NCBI GenBank assembly: GCA_964575715.1
Contig: CAZNSG010000329.1
Coordinates: 13,054 to 77,053, forward strand
Direction: 5' to 3'
Source of the DNA: an uncultured Hyphomicrobiales bacterium
Lineage (GTDB): Bacteria; Pseudomonadota; Alphaproteobacteria; Rhizobiales; Xanthobacteraceae
Length of the DNA: 64,000 bases
Part shown: positions 17,098 through 29,369 of the stretch, piece by piece
Layout: every line of letters begins with the position of its first letter
How positions within the stretch are numbered: position 1 is the first letter of the stretch
Notes under the pieces: generated by a model
Database searches by the model: none
Told to the model about the DNA's origin: nothing
Seen by the model: the letters and a program-made list of their open reading frames with translations, nothing else
Translations under genes and position numbers: made by a program

Positions 17098-17907
17098 TCA
17101 GAAATCTTTCAGACCTAGTACGTCAGCCATCGAATAGAGCCCCGGCGCTTTTCCGCGCGCCCAGAGCGCGGCGTGCAGCGCGCCGCGCGCAAAGATCATG
17201 CGGTCCTCGGCCTTATGCACCAATTCGATGCGCTCAGCGTATCCAGCGAAGATCACGCTATGCTCGCCGGTCACCGTGCCGCCGCGCAGCGTCGCGAATC
17301 CAATGTCGCCGGGCTTGCGCGCGCCGGTATGGCCATCGCGGCTCTTGACCGCGCGCCTGTCGAGATTGATGCCGCGGCCTTCCGCCGCCGCGCGGCCGAG
17401 CATAAGTGCAGTGCCGGAGGGCGCGTCGACCTTCTTGTTGTGGTGCATCTCCAGGATTTCGATGTCGAAATCTTCGCCCAATGTCATCGCTACGCGCTTG
17501 GCAAGCGCCGCAAGCATATTGACGCCGAGGCTCATGTTGCCGGATTTGACGATTACGGCATTCTTTGCCGCCGCTTTGATCTTGACCTCGTCTTCGGGGA
17601 GAAGACCGGTGGTGCCGAGCACATGCACCTTGCCGCTTGCGAGCGCGGCAAGCGCGACGCTCGCCTGGGGCGTGGTGAAGTCGATGATGCCGTCGGCCTT
17701 GGGCAGAAGCGGCCCGGCATCGGCGACGAGTGCGAAGCCGTTCTTGGGCAGGCCCGCCAGCATGCCGGAATCCTGGCCCAGCAGCGGAGAGCGCGCGTCC
17801 TCGATCGCGCCCGCGAGCGCAAGCCCCTTGGTTTCGGCGATCGCCTTGACCAGCGTGCGCCCCATGCGCCCGCCGGCGCCGGCGATGATCAGCCGCATGT
17901 CAGGCAT
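17098..17907 (-). CDS. dapB: 4-hydroxy-tetrahydrodipicolinate reductase
   Basis: 269 aa. GAGGRMG NAD fold, [15 protein letters not shown]. Confidence 0.92.
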   Translation of the reverse strand: MPDMRLIIAGAGGRMGRTLVKAIAETKGLALAGAIEDARSPLLGQDSGMLAGLPKNGFALVADAGPLLPKADGIIDFTTPQASVALAALASGKVHVLGTTGLLPEDEVKIKAAAKNAVIVKSGNMSLGVNMLAALAKRVAMTLGEDFDIEILEMHHNKKVDAPSGTALMLGRAAAEGRGINLDRRAVKSRDGHTGARKPGDIGFATLRGGTVTGEHSVIFAGYAERIELVHKAEDRMIFARGALHAALWARGKAPGLYSMADVLGLKDF

Positions 17908-17970
17908 GGATTGATCTCCAAGACTTGAAGGCAGCGCTATAGCGGGACTATCCGCGCTTGTCAGCGGTCT

Positions 17971-18273
17971 TTAGGGTTGCGGGCCGTCGTAGCCCTCGAC
18001 CAGCACAAAGTCGGCAGAGGCCGCGGGCTTGCGGATTTTGATCGCCTGCTGATAGGCGGGGGAATTATAGCAAGCCACCGCCGCCTCGTAGCTCGGGAAT
18101 TCCACAATCACATTGCGCGAGCGAACGGTGCCTTCCACACATTCGCACTTTCCGCCGCGCGCGAGGAATCGGGCACCGTATTGCTTGAGCGGTGCGGCAT
18201 TGGCAACCTGATAGGCCTTGAGACCTTCCGGGTTGCTCACATCAAGACGACCGATCCAATAGCCTTTGGGCAT
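17971..18273 (-). CDS. DUF1330 domain protein
   Basis: 100 aa. MPKGYWIGRLDVSNPEGLKAYQ...FPSYEAAVACYNSPAYQ. Confidence 0.75.
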   Translation of the reverse strand: MPKGYWIGRLDVSNPEGLKAYQVANAAPLKQYGARFLARGGKCECVEGTVRSRNVIVEFPSYEAAVACYNSPAYQQAIKIRKPAASADFVLVEGYDGPQP

Positions 18274-18285
18274 GTTGTCCTCCGA

Positions 18286-18990
18286 TCATTGTTTCGTAGA
18301 TGCAACGATCTCGGCAACGATGGCCTCGGCGGCAGCTTTGGGATCGTGCGCCGCCAATATCGGCCTGCCGACAACAAGGTAGTCGGCGCCGGCGGCGATG
18401 GCGGAAGATGGAGTCATGGTCCGCTTCTGATCGTCGCGGTCGGTGCCCGCGGGCCGGATGCCCGGCGTCACCAGCACCATGCGCGAGCCTACGATGGGAC
18501 GCAGACTGGCCGCCTCGGCACCCGAACATACCAGCCCATCGACGCCGATGTCGTGCGCCTGCGCCGCCCGCTCGGCGACAAGTTCCGGGACCGTAAAATC
18601 ATAGCCCGCCGCCGCGAGGTCGGCGTCGTCGTAGGAGGTTAGCACGGTGACCGCGAGAATGCGCAGGTTCGTGTCCGCGCGCGCGTCGACCGCCGCGTGC
18701 ATGGTCTGCGGATAGGCGTGCACGGTGAGGAAGGTCGCGCCCAGGCGCGCGATGCTCTCCACGCCCTTGGCTATTGTATTGCCGATGTCGTGCAGCTTGA
18801 AGTCGACGAACACCCGTTTGCCGGCGCCTGCGAGCTTTTGCGCGAGCGTGAGCCCGCCGGCAAAGCCCAGCTGATAGCCGATCTTGTAGAACGAAACCGA
18901 GTCGCCAAGCTTGCCGGTCATCGCTTCCGCTTCGGCGACGGAAGGAAGATCGAGCGCCAGGATCAACCGTTCGCGCGGGGGAATCGTCAT
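18286..18990 (-). CDS. pyrF: Orotidine-5'-phosphate decarboxylase
   Basis: 234 aa. [26 protein letters not shown]. Confidence 0.92.
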   Translation of the reverse strand: MTIPPRERLILALDLPSVAEAEAMTGKLGDSVSFYKIGYQLGFAGGLTLAQKLAGAGKRVFVDFKLHDIGNTIAKGVESIARLGATFLTVHAYPQTMHAAVDARADTNLRILAVTVLTSYDDADLAAAGYDFTVPELVAERAAQAHDIGVDGLVCSGAEAASLRPIVGSRMVLVTPGIRPAGTDRDDQKRTMTPSSAIAAGADYLVVGRPILAAHDPKAAAEAIVAEIVASTKQ

Positions 18991-19003
18991 GCCAGCTCCA
19001 TCA

Positions 19004-19582
19004 TCATGCCAGCTCCTGTGCCATTTCGATCAGCCGCTGCACGACACGCAAGAGCTCGGCCTTTGCGCGCTCGTCCTTGAGCTCGTCCATCTCGTCGAAC
19101 GCTTCACTCGCGCGCGCAAGCGCGATCTGCTCCGGAATGACCAGCGCGCCGGCGCCGATTTCAAGCACCTGGCGCAACGCGAGTAATGCGTATATTCCGC
19201 CGGTGCTGCGATCGGAGGCCGCGGCGAGCGCAAACACACGATTTAAGTAGGCGGCAAGCGGCGGCTCGTTGCGCTCGCGCACGCGCGAGATCCAATCAAG
19301 CGTGTTCTTGAGCAGCGGCGGGATTGAGGCGTTGTATTCCGGGGTCACAATCAAGATGCCCTGATGAGTCATCATGAACCGTTTGAGTTTGAGCGCATTC
19401 TCGGGCGGGCCGGAATTGGCTTCGAGTTCACCGTCATAGAGCGGCATCGGATAATCGAGCAATGAAATCCAGGTGACCTCGGCGCCGGCTTGGAGCAATT
19501 CCTTGACCGCGCGTGCGGCAAGACGGCCGTTGAACGAGCCGGTGCGCAGCGAGCCAGCAAAGACCAGGATTTTAGGTAGCAT
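19004..19582 (-). CDS. NADPH-dependent FMN reductase family protein
   Basis: [32 protein letters not shown] 19582 is preferred over TTG 19594. Confidence 0.8.
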   Translation of the reverse strand: MLPKILVFAGSLRTGSFNGRLAARAVKELLQAGAEVTWISLLDYPMPLYDGELEANSGPPENALKLKRFMMTHQGILIVTPEYNASIPPLLKNTLDWISRVRERNEPPLAAYLNRVFALAAASDRSTGGIYALLALRQVLEIGAGALVIPEQIALARASEAFDEMDELKDERAKAELLRVVQRLIEMAQELA

Positions 19583-19625
19583 CGGTGGTCCCAAACGGTC
19601 CCCTCCTCATAGCACAATGTATTCC

Positions 19626-19795
19626 GTCATTCCGGGACGGCGCCAACGGGTCCGCGCATCGCAGCCAAGTGTACGCAGGCTGCGCCTGCTATGGCGCGGC
19701 CTGATGACAGGCTCCGCGCCGAACCCGGAAGCCCGAAGAGTATTCTATGTTGCTGGATTTCGGGTTCGCGAGCTTTGCTCGCGCCCCCGGAATGA
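19626..19795. repeat. Family 1-related palindromic element (termini gtcattccggg ... cccggaatgac)
   Basis: Terminal inverted repeats. The internal module cgcatcgcagccaagtgtacgcaggctgcgcctgctatggcgc is the reverse complement of 36935-36975. Confidence 0.75.
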
Positions 19796-19805
19796 CAAGA
19801 GGGTA

Positions 19806-20411
19806 TCAGCGCCGGCGATAGATCCATACGCGCGCCGGCGGTAAATTCATCCAGATGCGCTCGGAGAATTCCGCGGCCACGCCATTTGCCGGCTTGGTCG
19901 GGATCGGCGATCCCACCATCGCGTAAGTGAACTGAACGAAAGGCGCGCCCGGCAACATCAGGTGAAAGGCATCCGCAATCAACCGCAGCCGCTGCCGCAG
20001 CGGCTTGGTGACCAAGGGGAGCCCTGAGACCACCGCCGCCGCCGGCTGGCGCAAGAAATCACCGAGCATGCGGCGCAGACCATAGGCATCACCCTGCACG
20101 ACGGTCGCCTCCGGATAGCGCGAGCGCAGCAGGCGGCAAAAGACGGGATTGAATTCGACCAGCACCAGGCGGCCGGGATCGATCCCCTGCTCCACCAGCG
20201 CCTCGGTCACCGCTCCGGTGCCGGGGCCAAGCTCGATCACCGGCCCCTCCACTTGTGGATCGACATAGCGCGCCATGGTGCGCGCAAGCACCTTGCCGGA
20301 AGGCATCACCGCGCCGGTCGCTAATGGCTTCTCCAGCCAAGAGCGGATGAACTGCACCTCATCGAGGCGCAAGCTCTTCTTCGCGACGCTAACGGAGGAT
20401 TGTAACCGCAT
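19806..20411 (-). CDS. pmtA: Phospholipid N-methyltransferase (class I SAM methyltransferase)
   Basis: VIELGPGTGAVTEAL SAM motif. The position immediately downstream of dnaKJ matches Bradyrhizobium pmtA. Confidence 0.7.
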   Translation of the reverse strand: MRLQSSVSVAKKSLRLDEVQFIRSWLEKPLATGAVMPSGKVLARTMARYVDPQVEGPVIELGPGTGAVTEALVEQGIDPGRLVLVEFNPVFCRLLRSRYPEATVVQGDAYGLRRMLGDFLRQPAAAVVSGLPLVTKPLRQRLRLIADAFHLMLPGAPFVQFTYAMVGSPIPTKPANGVAAEFSERIWMNLPPARVWIYRRR

Positions 20412-20500
20412 ATGAAAACGAACACTGCCCCACTGAGAACTGCCGCCCAGTTCACAAGAGTCACCGGTATAGGGACCAAATGCAAGGGTCAAGCCGCAGA

Positions 20501-21634
20501 TCAAGGCGACTCGGCGCCGGTGCCAAAAAATTCCTTGACTTTGGCAAAAAAGCTCGCCGATTCAGGGTGGGTCTCCTGGGATGAGAGCTTTTCGAACTCC
20601 GCCAGCAGCTCACGCTGTTTCTTGGTGAGGTTCTGCGGCGTCTCGACGATTACCTGCACGTACATGTCGCCGGTCTGCTTGGTGCGCAGCACCGGCATGC
20701 CCTTGCCCGCCAGGCGGAAGCGTCGTCCGGCCTGGGTGCCATGGGGCACCTTCACGCGGCTCTTGCCGCCGTCGATGCAAGGCACTTCAACCTCGCCGCC
20801 GAGCGCCGCCTTCACCATCGAAATGGGAACACGGCAATGCAGGTCCGCGCCATCGCGCTGGAAAAAGGCATGCCCGCTCATGCTGAGAAAAATGTAGAGG
20901 TCGCCCGCAGGTCCGCCGCGCACGCCGGCTTCTCCTTCGCCGGCCAACCGGATGCGCGTGCCGTCCTCGACACCCGCCGGGATGTTGACCGAGAGCGTGC
21001 GCTCGCGCGTCACGCGTCCGGCGCCCGAACATGAGGCGCATGGAGTGTCGATCACCTGGCCGCGGCCGTGACAGGTGGGGCAGGTGCGCTCCAGCGTGAA
21101 GAAACCTTGGGTCTGGCGAATCTTGCCATGGCCGCCGCAGCTGGCGCAGGCCTTGGGCTTGGTGCCAGGCTTGGCGCCATTGCCGGAACACACCTCGCAA
21201 GTGACTGACGTCGGCAGCCGCACTTGCGCGGTCTTGCCGGCAAACGCCTCCTCCAGAGTGATTTCCATATTATAGCGCAAGTCGGTGCCGCGCTCGCGCC
21301 CGCCGTCGCGGCGGCCGCGGCCCATGCCGAAGAGATCATCGAAGATGTTGGAGAAGGTGGAGGCGAAGTCGTCGCCGAATCCGTGTCCCGAATTTCCGCC
21401 CGTGCCGTGCTCGAACGCAGCATGTCCAAAACGATCGTAGGCCGCGCGCTTATCGGCGTCTTTCAGAATGTCGTAGGCTTCGTTGATCTCCTTGAAGCGA
21501 TGCTCGCAATCGTTGTCACCGGGATTGCGGTCGGGGTGGTGCAGCATGGCGAGCTTGCGGAATGCCGCCTTCATGTCGGCTTCGCTGGCGCCGCGCTGCA
21601 CTCCCAGAATTTCATAATAGTCGCGCTTGCCCAT
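20501..21634 (-). CDS. dnaJ: Molecular chaperone DnaJ
   Basis: J domain DYYEILGV...HPDRNPG, four CxxCxGxG zinc repeats. Confidence 0.96.
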   Translation of the reverse strand: MGKRDYYEILGVQRGASEADMKAAFRKLAMLHHPDRNPGDNDCEHRFKEINEAYDILKDADKRAAYDRFGHAAFEHGTGGNSGHGFGDDFASTFSNIFDDLFGMGRGRRDGGRERGTDLRYNMEITLEEAFAGKTAQVRLPTSVTCEVCSGNGAKPGTKPKACASCGGHGKIRQTQGFFTLERTCPTCHGRGQVIDTPCASCSGAGRVTRERTLSVNIPAGVEDGTRIRLAGEGEAGVRGGPAGDLYIFLSMSGHAFFQRDGADLHCRVPISMVKAALGGEVEVPCIDGGKSRVKVPHGTQAGRRFRLAGKGMPVLRTKQTGDMYVQVIVETPQNLTKKQRELLAEFEKLSSQETHPESASFFAKVKEFFGTGAESP

Positions 21635-21671
21635 CAGCCCCACCCTAAAACATCAGTTGTTTCATGGAGTT

Positions 21672-21753
21672 AGGATGACTGGCGGCGGCTCGAAGGGCGC
21701 GGGCAAAACAAAGGCCACCATCCTTCGAGACGCATTGCGCGCTCATCAGGATG
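21672..21753. repeat. Partial family 1 repeat in the dnaK-dnaJ spacer
   Basis: Contains aggatgac, the ctcgaaggg/ccttcgag dyad and catcaggatg modules. Confidence 0.6.
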
Positions 21754-21780
21754 GGGGCCATATCTAGGCTCCGCGCTGCG

Positions 21781-23730
<1,950 letters not shown>

Positions 23731-23870
23731 GGTGTTACCTTTCTTTCACAGCAGGTCGGCCAGGCCCCTTGCGGCACCCGGGAAGTGTTCTCTGCAGCCC
23801 AGCTGCGAAGCCCCTCGTCCGACCCCTTAAAAAACTAGTTCCACACCGCTCCCAACGGCGTTCCTGGCTC

Positions 23871-23898
23871 ATATAGGAGGGTATGGTGAGCCTGCAAG
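23871..23898 (-). promoter_or_regulatory. RpoH (sigma-32)-type promoter candidate for dnaKJ
   Basis: Minus strand reads CTTGca-N-CCTATAT, with 17 nt between CTTG and CCTATAT. This matches the alphaproteobacterial CTTG-N17-CCTATNT consensus. Confidence 0.5.
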
Positions 23899-23975
23899 GA
23901 CTTGACGGGTGAGTTTCGAATGTCACGGTCGCGGGCCTGTTGCTGGTTAATCGAATCCTTAGCGACCGGCGCTTA

Positions 23976-24596
23976 TCAGGGGGCGGCCGAACCGGAATTG
24001 TCGTTCGCGGGCGGCTCCGCTTTTGCCTCGCTCTTGGCTCCGCTCTTGGCGATAGCGACCAGCGCCGGGCGCAGCACCCGGTCGCCGATCAGGTAGCCGG
24101 CTTGCATCACCTGGACCACGTGGCCAGCGGGCACCGACGCGTCGGGTACTTCGAACATGGCTTGATGGTGGTTGGGATCGAATTTCTGGCCGATCGGCTC
24201 GAGCTTCTTCACCCCATGCTTTTCCAGCACGTTCAAGAGTTCGCGCTCGGTCAACTCGACCCCATCGAGCAGCGCCTTGATGCCGGCATCCGCCTGCTCG
24301 CGCAGTTCCGTGTCCAGCGCACTGAGCGCGCGATGCATGTTGTCCGCAACATTTAGGATGTCGCGCGCGAATGTGGAGATGCCATAGAGCCGCGCGTCGG
24401 CCACTTCGCGCTCGGTGCGCCGGCGCAGATTCTCCATTTCGGCGAGCGCGCGCAGGAGCTTGTCCTTTAACGAGGCGGTCTCCTGCAATGCGGCCGCTAA
24501 TGGATCGATATTCGGAGTGGCACTAGCCTCTTGCGGGGCGGCCTGCTCTTCGGTCTGGGATGCAGCCGTGTCGGGGCGGGCACTCGTGTCCGTCAT
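23976..24596 (-). CDS. grpE: Nucleotide exchange factor GrpE
   Basis: 206 aa with a GrpE C-terminal core (F.P..H.A......GYL..DRVLRPA). Confidence 0.93.
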   Translation of the reverse strand: MTDTSARPDTAASQTEEQAAPQEASATPNIDPLAAALQETASLKDKLLRALAEMENLRRRTEREVADARLYGISTFARDILNVADNMHRALSALDTELREQADAGIKALLDGVELTERELLNVLEKHGVKKLEPIGQKFDPNHHQAMFEVPDASVPAGHVVQVMQAGYLIGDRVLRPALVAIAKSGAKSEAKAEPPANDNSGSAAP

Positions 24597-24629
24597 CCTG
24601 ATTTTCCCATTTGTATATTGTCACACCGG

Positions 24630-24658
24630 ATATCAGGGTTTAGCGGACAAAAATCAAG
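24630..24658 (-). promoter_or_regulatory. Weaker RpoH-type promoter candidate for grpE
   Basis: Minus strand reads CTTG-N18-CTGATAT, about 30 nt upstream of the grpE ATG. One mismatch in the -10 element. Confidence 0.3.
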
Positions 24659-24667
24659 GTGGCGGGC

Positions 24668-25744
24668 TCAACCGCCCAGCAGCTTGCCGACCACCTTGGC
24701 GGTGTAATCGACCATCGGAATAACACGGGCATAGTTGAGACGGGTCGGTCCGATCACCCCGATGACGCCGACGATGCGGCCGGCGCGGTCATGATAGGGC
24801 GCGATGATGGTGGAGGAGCCGGAGAGCGAAAACAGCTTGTTCTCCGAGCCGATGAAGATGCGCACGCCCTCGGCACTTTCCGCCCGGCCGAGCAGATCGA
24901 CCACCTCGCGCCGGGTTTCGAGATCGTCGAACAGGAGCCGCACGCGTTCAAGGTCTTCGAGCGCATGGAGATCGTCGAGCAGATGGGCCTGGCCGCGCAC
25001 AATCAGCCGGCGCTCATCGCTCGCGCCGCCCGACCAGCTCGCAAGCCCGGCCTCGACGATTTTTTGCGTGAGCACATCGAGCTCGGCGCGGCCAGCGTCC
25101 AAGGCGCGTTCAATCTCGACCTTGGCCTCGAAGAGAGTCCTGCCGCGGATGCGCGCGTTGAGGAAATTCGTCGCCTCGGTGAGCGCCGAGGTCGGTAGCC
25201 CGATCGGCAACTGAACGACGCGGTTTTCGACCTGGCCATCCTCGGCAACGAGCACGACCAGCGCGCGTTCCGGCTCCAGGCGAACGAATTCGATATGCTT
25301 GAGCCGCACGTTGGTCTTGTCGGTCAGCACGACACCGGCGGCGCGCGTAAGGCCGGAAAGCAGTCCAGACGCTTCGGCCAGCACGCTGTCGACGGACTTG
25401 CCGGCGCCGGCGACCTGCGCCTCGATCTGCTTGCGATCGTTCTCGTTCAGATCGCCGATCTGCATGAGTGCATCGACGAAGAAACGCAGGCCCAGTTCCG
25501 TCGGCAACCGGCCGGCAGACGTGTGGGGGGCGTAGATCAAACCAAGCTGTTCGAGGTCCGCCATTACGTTGCGCACGGAGGCGGGCGAGAGCGGGGTCGT
25601 GATCAGGCGCGAGAGATTGCGCGAGCCGACCGGCTCGCCGGTCGCAAGATAGCTCTCGACGATCTGCCGGAAGATCTCGCGCGAGCGCTCGTTGAGCTGC
25701 GCGAGGCTTACCTGGTTTGCACCGATCGGGACATCTTGCGACAC
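24668..25744 (-). CDS. hrcA: Heat-inducible transcription repressor HrcA
   Basis: 358 aa. Winged-helix N-terminus ([21 protein letters not shown]) and an HrcA C-terminal domain. Confidence 0.93.
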   Translation of the reverse strand: MSQDVPIGANQVSLAQLNERSREIFRQIVESYLATGEPVGSRNLSRLITTPLSPASVRNVMADLEQLGLIYAPHTSAGRLPTELGLRFFVDALMQIGDLNENDRKQIEAQVAGAGKSVDSVLAEASGLLSGLTRAAGVVLTDKTNVRLKHIEFVRLEPERALVVLVAEDGQVENRVVQLPIGLPTSALTEATNFLNARIRGRTLFEAKVEIERALDAGRAELDVLTQKIVEAGLASWSGGASDERRLIVRGQAHLLDDLHALEDLERVRLLFDDLETRREVVDLLGRAESAEGVRIFIGSENKLFSLSGSSTIIAPYHDRAGRIVGVIGVIGPTRLNYARVIPMVDYTAKVVGKLLGG

Positions 25745-25852
25745 AGTGGGGGAACTCCGTTCACCGCAGGTGGAGAATTGTCCAATCGGACGAATGAGTC
25801 AAAGCCGGATAATCCCCAACACAACAGTCCCAAGTTCGACATGACCGGTATC

Positions 25853-26749
25853 TTAGGCGCGCGGCGCGTTGGAAAATCCATAGAGCCGCGCCGGGTTATC
25901 GACCAGAATGCGCCGACGCGTTGCGGCGTCGGGCGTCCATCGCTGGAACAGATCGAACAGGCGGCCTGCGTCCGGCATCTCGCCTTCGATCCGCGGGTGC
26001 GGCCAGTCGCTTCCCCAAATCAGGCGCTCCGGGTTCGCGCGCACGAGCGCTTCGTGGAAGGGTCGCACGTCGGGATAATCGGGCGCGCGACGAGAGAGCC
26101 GGTGAGCGCCTGAAAGCTTGACCCAGCACAGCCCGTCGCCGAGGAGACGCAAAAGGCTTTGGAAACCGGGGGTCGCTGTGCCGGCGGCGGCGGCGGTGCG
26201 GCCCATGTGATCAATCACCACTGGCAGGCCGAGTTTTTTCAGAACCGGGATTGTGTCCGGCAAATCTTTCACATCGATCCAGAGCTGCAGATGCCAGTCG
26301 AGCTCTTTCATCTGCGGGGCGAGCGCGTGCGCGACATCGAGCGCGATGCCGCCGCGGTAATGCAATTGCCCGTCACGAAAGAAGTGGTTGAAGCGCAAGC
26401 CGCGTACGCCAGTTAAGGCCCAACGGCGTAGTTCGGCCGCCGGCACCTTTTCGTCGGCAACCGCAACACTGCGTAATCGTTCGGGATGCAGGGTAAGCGC
26501 ATCGAGCATCGCCGAATTGTCGCGGCCGTGCGCGCTGCCTTGCACCAGCGCGCCGCGCGCAAAGCCGACGGTGTCCAGCATCCTTAAATATTTTTCGAGC
26601 GGCGCATCGGGCGGCGTGTAGCTGCGATCGCCGGCGTAGGGAAAGCGCGCGGCCGGGCCGAACACATGGGCGTGGGTGTCGCACGCGTCTGGCGGGGGTG
26701 GGGTATTAGGCCGGCTCGGCTCACGCGGCGCTGGGCAGGAGGGGATCAT
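25853..26749 (-). CDS. Amidohydrolase-2 family (LigI/2-pyrone-4,6-dicarboxylate hydrolase-like) metal hydrolase
   Basis: 298 aa. CDTHAHVFGP, VIDHMG, WGSDWPHP. Confidence 0.75.
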   Translation of the reverse strand: MIPSCPAPREPSRPNTPPPPDACDTHAHVFGPAARFPYAGDRSYTPPDAPLEKYLRMLDTVGFARGALVQGSAHGRDNSAMLDALTLHPERLRSVAVADEKVPAAELRRWALTGVRGLRFNHFFRDGQLHYRGGIALDVAHALAPQMKELDWHLQLWIDVKDLPDTIPVLKKLGLPVVIDHMGRTAAAAGTATPGFQSLLRLLGDGLCWVKLSGAHRLSRRAPDYPDVRPFHEALVRANPERLIWGSDWPHPRIEGEMPDAGRLFDLFQRWTPDAATRRRILVDNPARLYGFSNAPRA

Positions 26750-26772
26750 CGGTGCCTAATTCTCCGGTAAAT

Positions 26773-26802
26773 TCTTGGGGTCTCTTGGGGTCTCTTGGGC
26801 TC
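26773..26802. repeat. Three tandem 10-bp units (tcttggggtc x2, tcttgggctc)
   Basis: Read directly in the divergent spacer between the amidohydrolase and Bug genes. Confidence 0.8.
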
Positions 26803-26927
26803 AATGGCCATCGCACGAACGATCAAATCTGTTATGGTATTTTAGCGCAGGTCAATAAAGCATCGGCGGATGCGAGGCCGCCACGCCGAAGACAATATCC
26901 TCGCTGTGAAACAGGGAGGTATGACGC

Positions 26928-27890
26928 ATGAAATTTTTATTGCATATTTTTGTTGCCATTTGCGCGCCGCTCCTGAGCATTGCGGCAAATGCCCAGGGCT
27001 ACCCCAACAAGTCGATCACGATCATCGTGCCATTTGGCCCCGGAAGCGGCACCGACACGATTACGCGTATCATCGCGCAACATCTCGGGACCGCGCTCAA
27101 CCAGAGCATCGTGATCGAGAACAAGGCCGGCGCGAACGGAGCCATTGCGGGTATTCAAGTCGCGCGCGCAGCGCCGGATGGTTATACGTTGTTCATGAGC
27201 ACCAATTCGCCGCATTCGGCCGCTCCTAGTCTCAACAAAAATTTGCCCTACGATCCGGTAAAGGACTTCGCGCCGATCTCGCGCGTTGGAAGCTTCACGC
27301 TCATGCTGGCGGTGCATGCAAATACCCCGGCAAAATCTATTCCGGAACTCGTCGGCTACGCCAAGGCCAATCCGGGCAAGCTGTCCTATGCCACCGGCAA
27401 TACCGCTGGCATCCTCGCTGGTGCAACTTTCGTGAAGTGGGCCGGCATTGACATTGTGCATGTCCCATACAAGACGGTGCCGCCGGCTCTCAATGACGTG
27501 CTCGGCGGCCGGATACCAATGATGTTCATCGATCTGAGTCCCGCGCTACCGCACTTCAACGCCGGGACCCTGCGCCCCCTCGCCAGCACGCGGCTGCAGC
27601 GCAGCACGTTGCTGCCCGAGGTTCCTACGTTGCACGAATCGGGCATCGCGAACTTGGAGGTCGACGCCTGGGCCGGGTTGTTCGCGCCCGCCAATACGCC
27701 GCCCGAGGTCGTCAGCCGGCTCAATGCCGAGGTGCGAAAAATCTTGGCCAACCCGCAGGTGAAAGAGCAGATCGCAAAAGTTGGATTTGAAACTTTCAGC
27801 AGTACGCCGGAGGAGCTGGGCGATTTCGTCAAGGTCCAATTGACCAAATGGACCAAGATGATCAAGGACGCCGGTATCGATCCGGAGTGA
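26928..27890 (+). CDS. Bug-family (TctC-like) tripartite tricarboxylate transporter substrate-binding protein
   Basis: 320 aa. Signal peptide, [27 protein letters not shown]. Confidence 0.85.
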   Translation: MKFLLHIFVAICAPLLSIAANAQGYPNKSITIIVPFGPGSGTDTITRIIAQHLGTALNQSIVIENKAGANGAIAGIQVARAAPDGYTLFMSTNSPHSAAPSLNKNLPYDPVKDFAPISRVGSFTLMLAVHANTPAKSIPELVGYAKANPGKLSYATGNTAGILAGATFVKWAGIDIVHVPYKTVPPALNDVLGGRIPMMFIDLSPALPHFNAGTLRPLASTRLQRSTLLPEVPTLHESGIANLEVDAWAGLFAPANTPPEVVSRLNAEVRKILANPQVKEQIAKVGFETFSSTPEELGDFVKVQLTKWTKMIKDAGIDPE

Positions 27891-27966
27891 CATCGGAATT
27901 GTCGTCGCCCCTTGTCGGTCCCCTCCCCGCCTCCTAAAAGCATGGCTGGAATCCAAGGAGATCGCC

Positions 27967-28680
27967 ATGCGGCCGAGCCGCCGACAGCCCGACGAGTTGC
28001 GCGCCGTTTCGCTCGAGCGCGGCGTGGTGAAATACGCCGAAGGCTCATGCTTCGTGAAGTTCGGCGACACCCATGTGCTGGTGACGGCGACGCTTGAGGA
28101 CAGGTTGCCGCCTTGGCTCAAGGGCCAGGCGCGCGGCTGGATCACGGCCGAATATGGCATGCTGCCGCGCGCCACATTGGAGCGCACCCGGCGCGAGGCA
28201 TCGGTCGGCAAGCAAAATGGCCGCACCGTCGAAATCCAGCGCCTGATCGGGCGCAGCCTGCGCACGGTGGTCGATCTCGTATCGCTCGGCGAGCGGCAGA
28301 TCACCATCGACTGCGACGTGATCCAGGCCGACGGCGGCACGCGCACCGCCGCCATCACCGGAGCGTGGGTCGCACTGCATGACTGCGTGCGTTGGATGAA
28401 AACGCGCGAGATGATCAAAGGTGATCCGCTGCGCGACCATGTGGCCGCGATCTCCTGCGGGATATGCGAGCATGTGGCGGTGCTCGATCTCGACTATGCA
28501 GAGGATTCGGAAGCCGACACCGACGCCAATTTCGTCATGACCGGCCAGGGCAACATTGTCGAGGTGCAGGGCACGGCGGAAAAGACGCCGTTCACGGAGG
28601 AGCAATTCCTCGGGCTGCTCGCGCTGGCGCGCCGCGGCATCGGGAAGCTGGTCGATCTGCAGAAAATGGCGGTGATGTGA
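27967..28680 (+). CDS. rph: Ribonuclease PH
   Basis: 237 aa. [37 protein letters not shown]. Confidence 0.96.
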   Translation: MRPSRRQPDELRAVSLERGVVKYAEGSCFVKFGDTHVLVTATLEDRLPPWLKGQARGWITAEYGMLPRATLERTRREASVGKQNGRTVEIQRLIGRSLRTVVDLVSLGERQITIDCDVIQADGGTRTAAITGAWVALHDCVRWMKTREMIKGDPLRDHVAAISCGICEHVAVLDLDYAEDSEADTDANFVMTGQGNIVEVQGTAEKTPFTEEQFLGLLALARRGIGKLVDLQKMAVM

Positions 28681-29369
28681 GCGCCGATCCCGCAACACCC
28701 ACAAGCACGGCTCAGCATCGATTGATCACTGGGCGGCTGGTGATCGCCACGCACAATCCGGGCAAGCTCGCCGAGATGCGAGAATTGCTCGCAGGCTACG
28801 GCATCGAAGCGGTGTCGGCGAGCGAGCTTGGGCTGGCGGAGCCGAATGAGACCGGCGCGACTTTTCGCGCAAACGCGCGGATCAAGGCGCAAGCCGCCGC
28901 CCAAGCCAGCAGTCAGGCGGCGTTTGCCGACGATTCCGGACTTGCAGCCGATGCATTAGGCGGCGAGCCCGGCATTCACTCGGCGCGCTGGGCGGGAGCG
29001 GGCAAGGATTTTGCGATCGCCATGGAAACAGTCGAAGCGAAACTGCGCGAGCGCGGCGCCGCCACGGCGGCCGAGCGGCGTGCGCATTTTGTCTCTGCGC
29101 TATGCGTGGCCTGGCCCGACGGCCATGTGGAGGAATTCGAGGCGCAGGTCCACGGCACGCTGGTATGGCCGCCGCGCGGGACGAAAGGTTTTGGCTACGA
29201 TCCCATGTTCCTGCCCGATGGCCATGCGCGTACCTTCGGCGAGATGGAGAGCGCGGAGAAGCACGGCCTGCCGCCGCGCGGTAGAGGTTTGTCGCATCGC
29301 GCGCGCGCGTTTCTCACATTGGCGGAGGCCTGTCTTATGCACGCAGCGCGCCCGGAAAGGAATACATGA
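28677..29369 (+). CDS. rdgB: dITP/XTP pyrophosphatase (RdgB/HAM1 family)
   Basis: GTG 28677 overlaps the rph stop. [27 protein letters not shown]. Confidence 0.85.
   Translation: MSADPATPTSTAQHRLITGRLVIATHNPGKLAEMRELLAGYGIEAVSASELGLAEPNETGATFRANARIKAQAAAQASSQAAFADDSGLAADALGGEPGIHSARWAGAGKDFAIAMETVEAKLRERGAATAAERRAHFVSALCVAWPDGHVEEFEAQVHGTLVWPPRGTKGFGYDPMFLPDGHARTFGEMESAEKHGLPPRGRGLSHRARAFLTLAEACLMHAARPERNT

Noticed and set aside
24597-25852. Search for a CIRCE operator (TTAGCACTC-N9-GAGTGCTAA) around hrcA and grpE
   Set aside because: I could not read a sequence resembling the inverted repeat in either spacer.
26773-26802. Tandem 10-bp repeats, considered as a possible CRISPR or VNTR feature
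   Set aside because: There are only three contiguous units with no spacers. This is not a CRISPR array. It is kept only as a minor tandem repeat.
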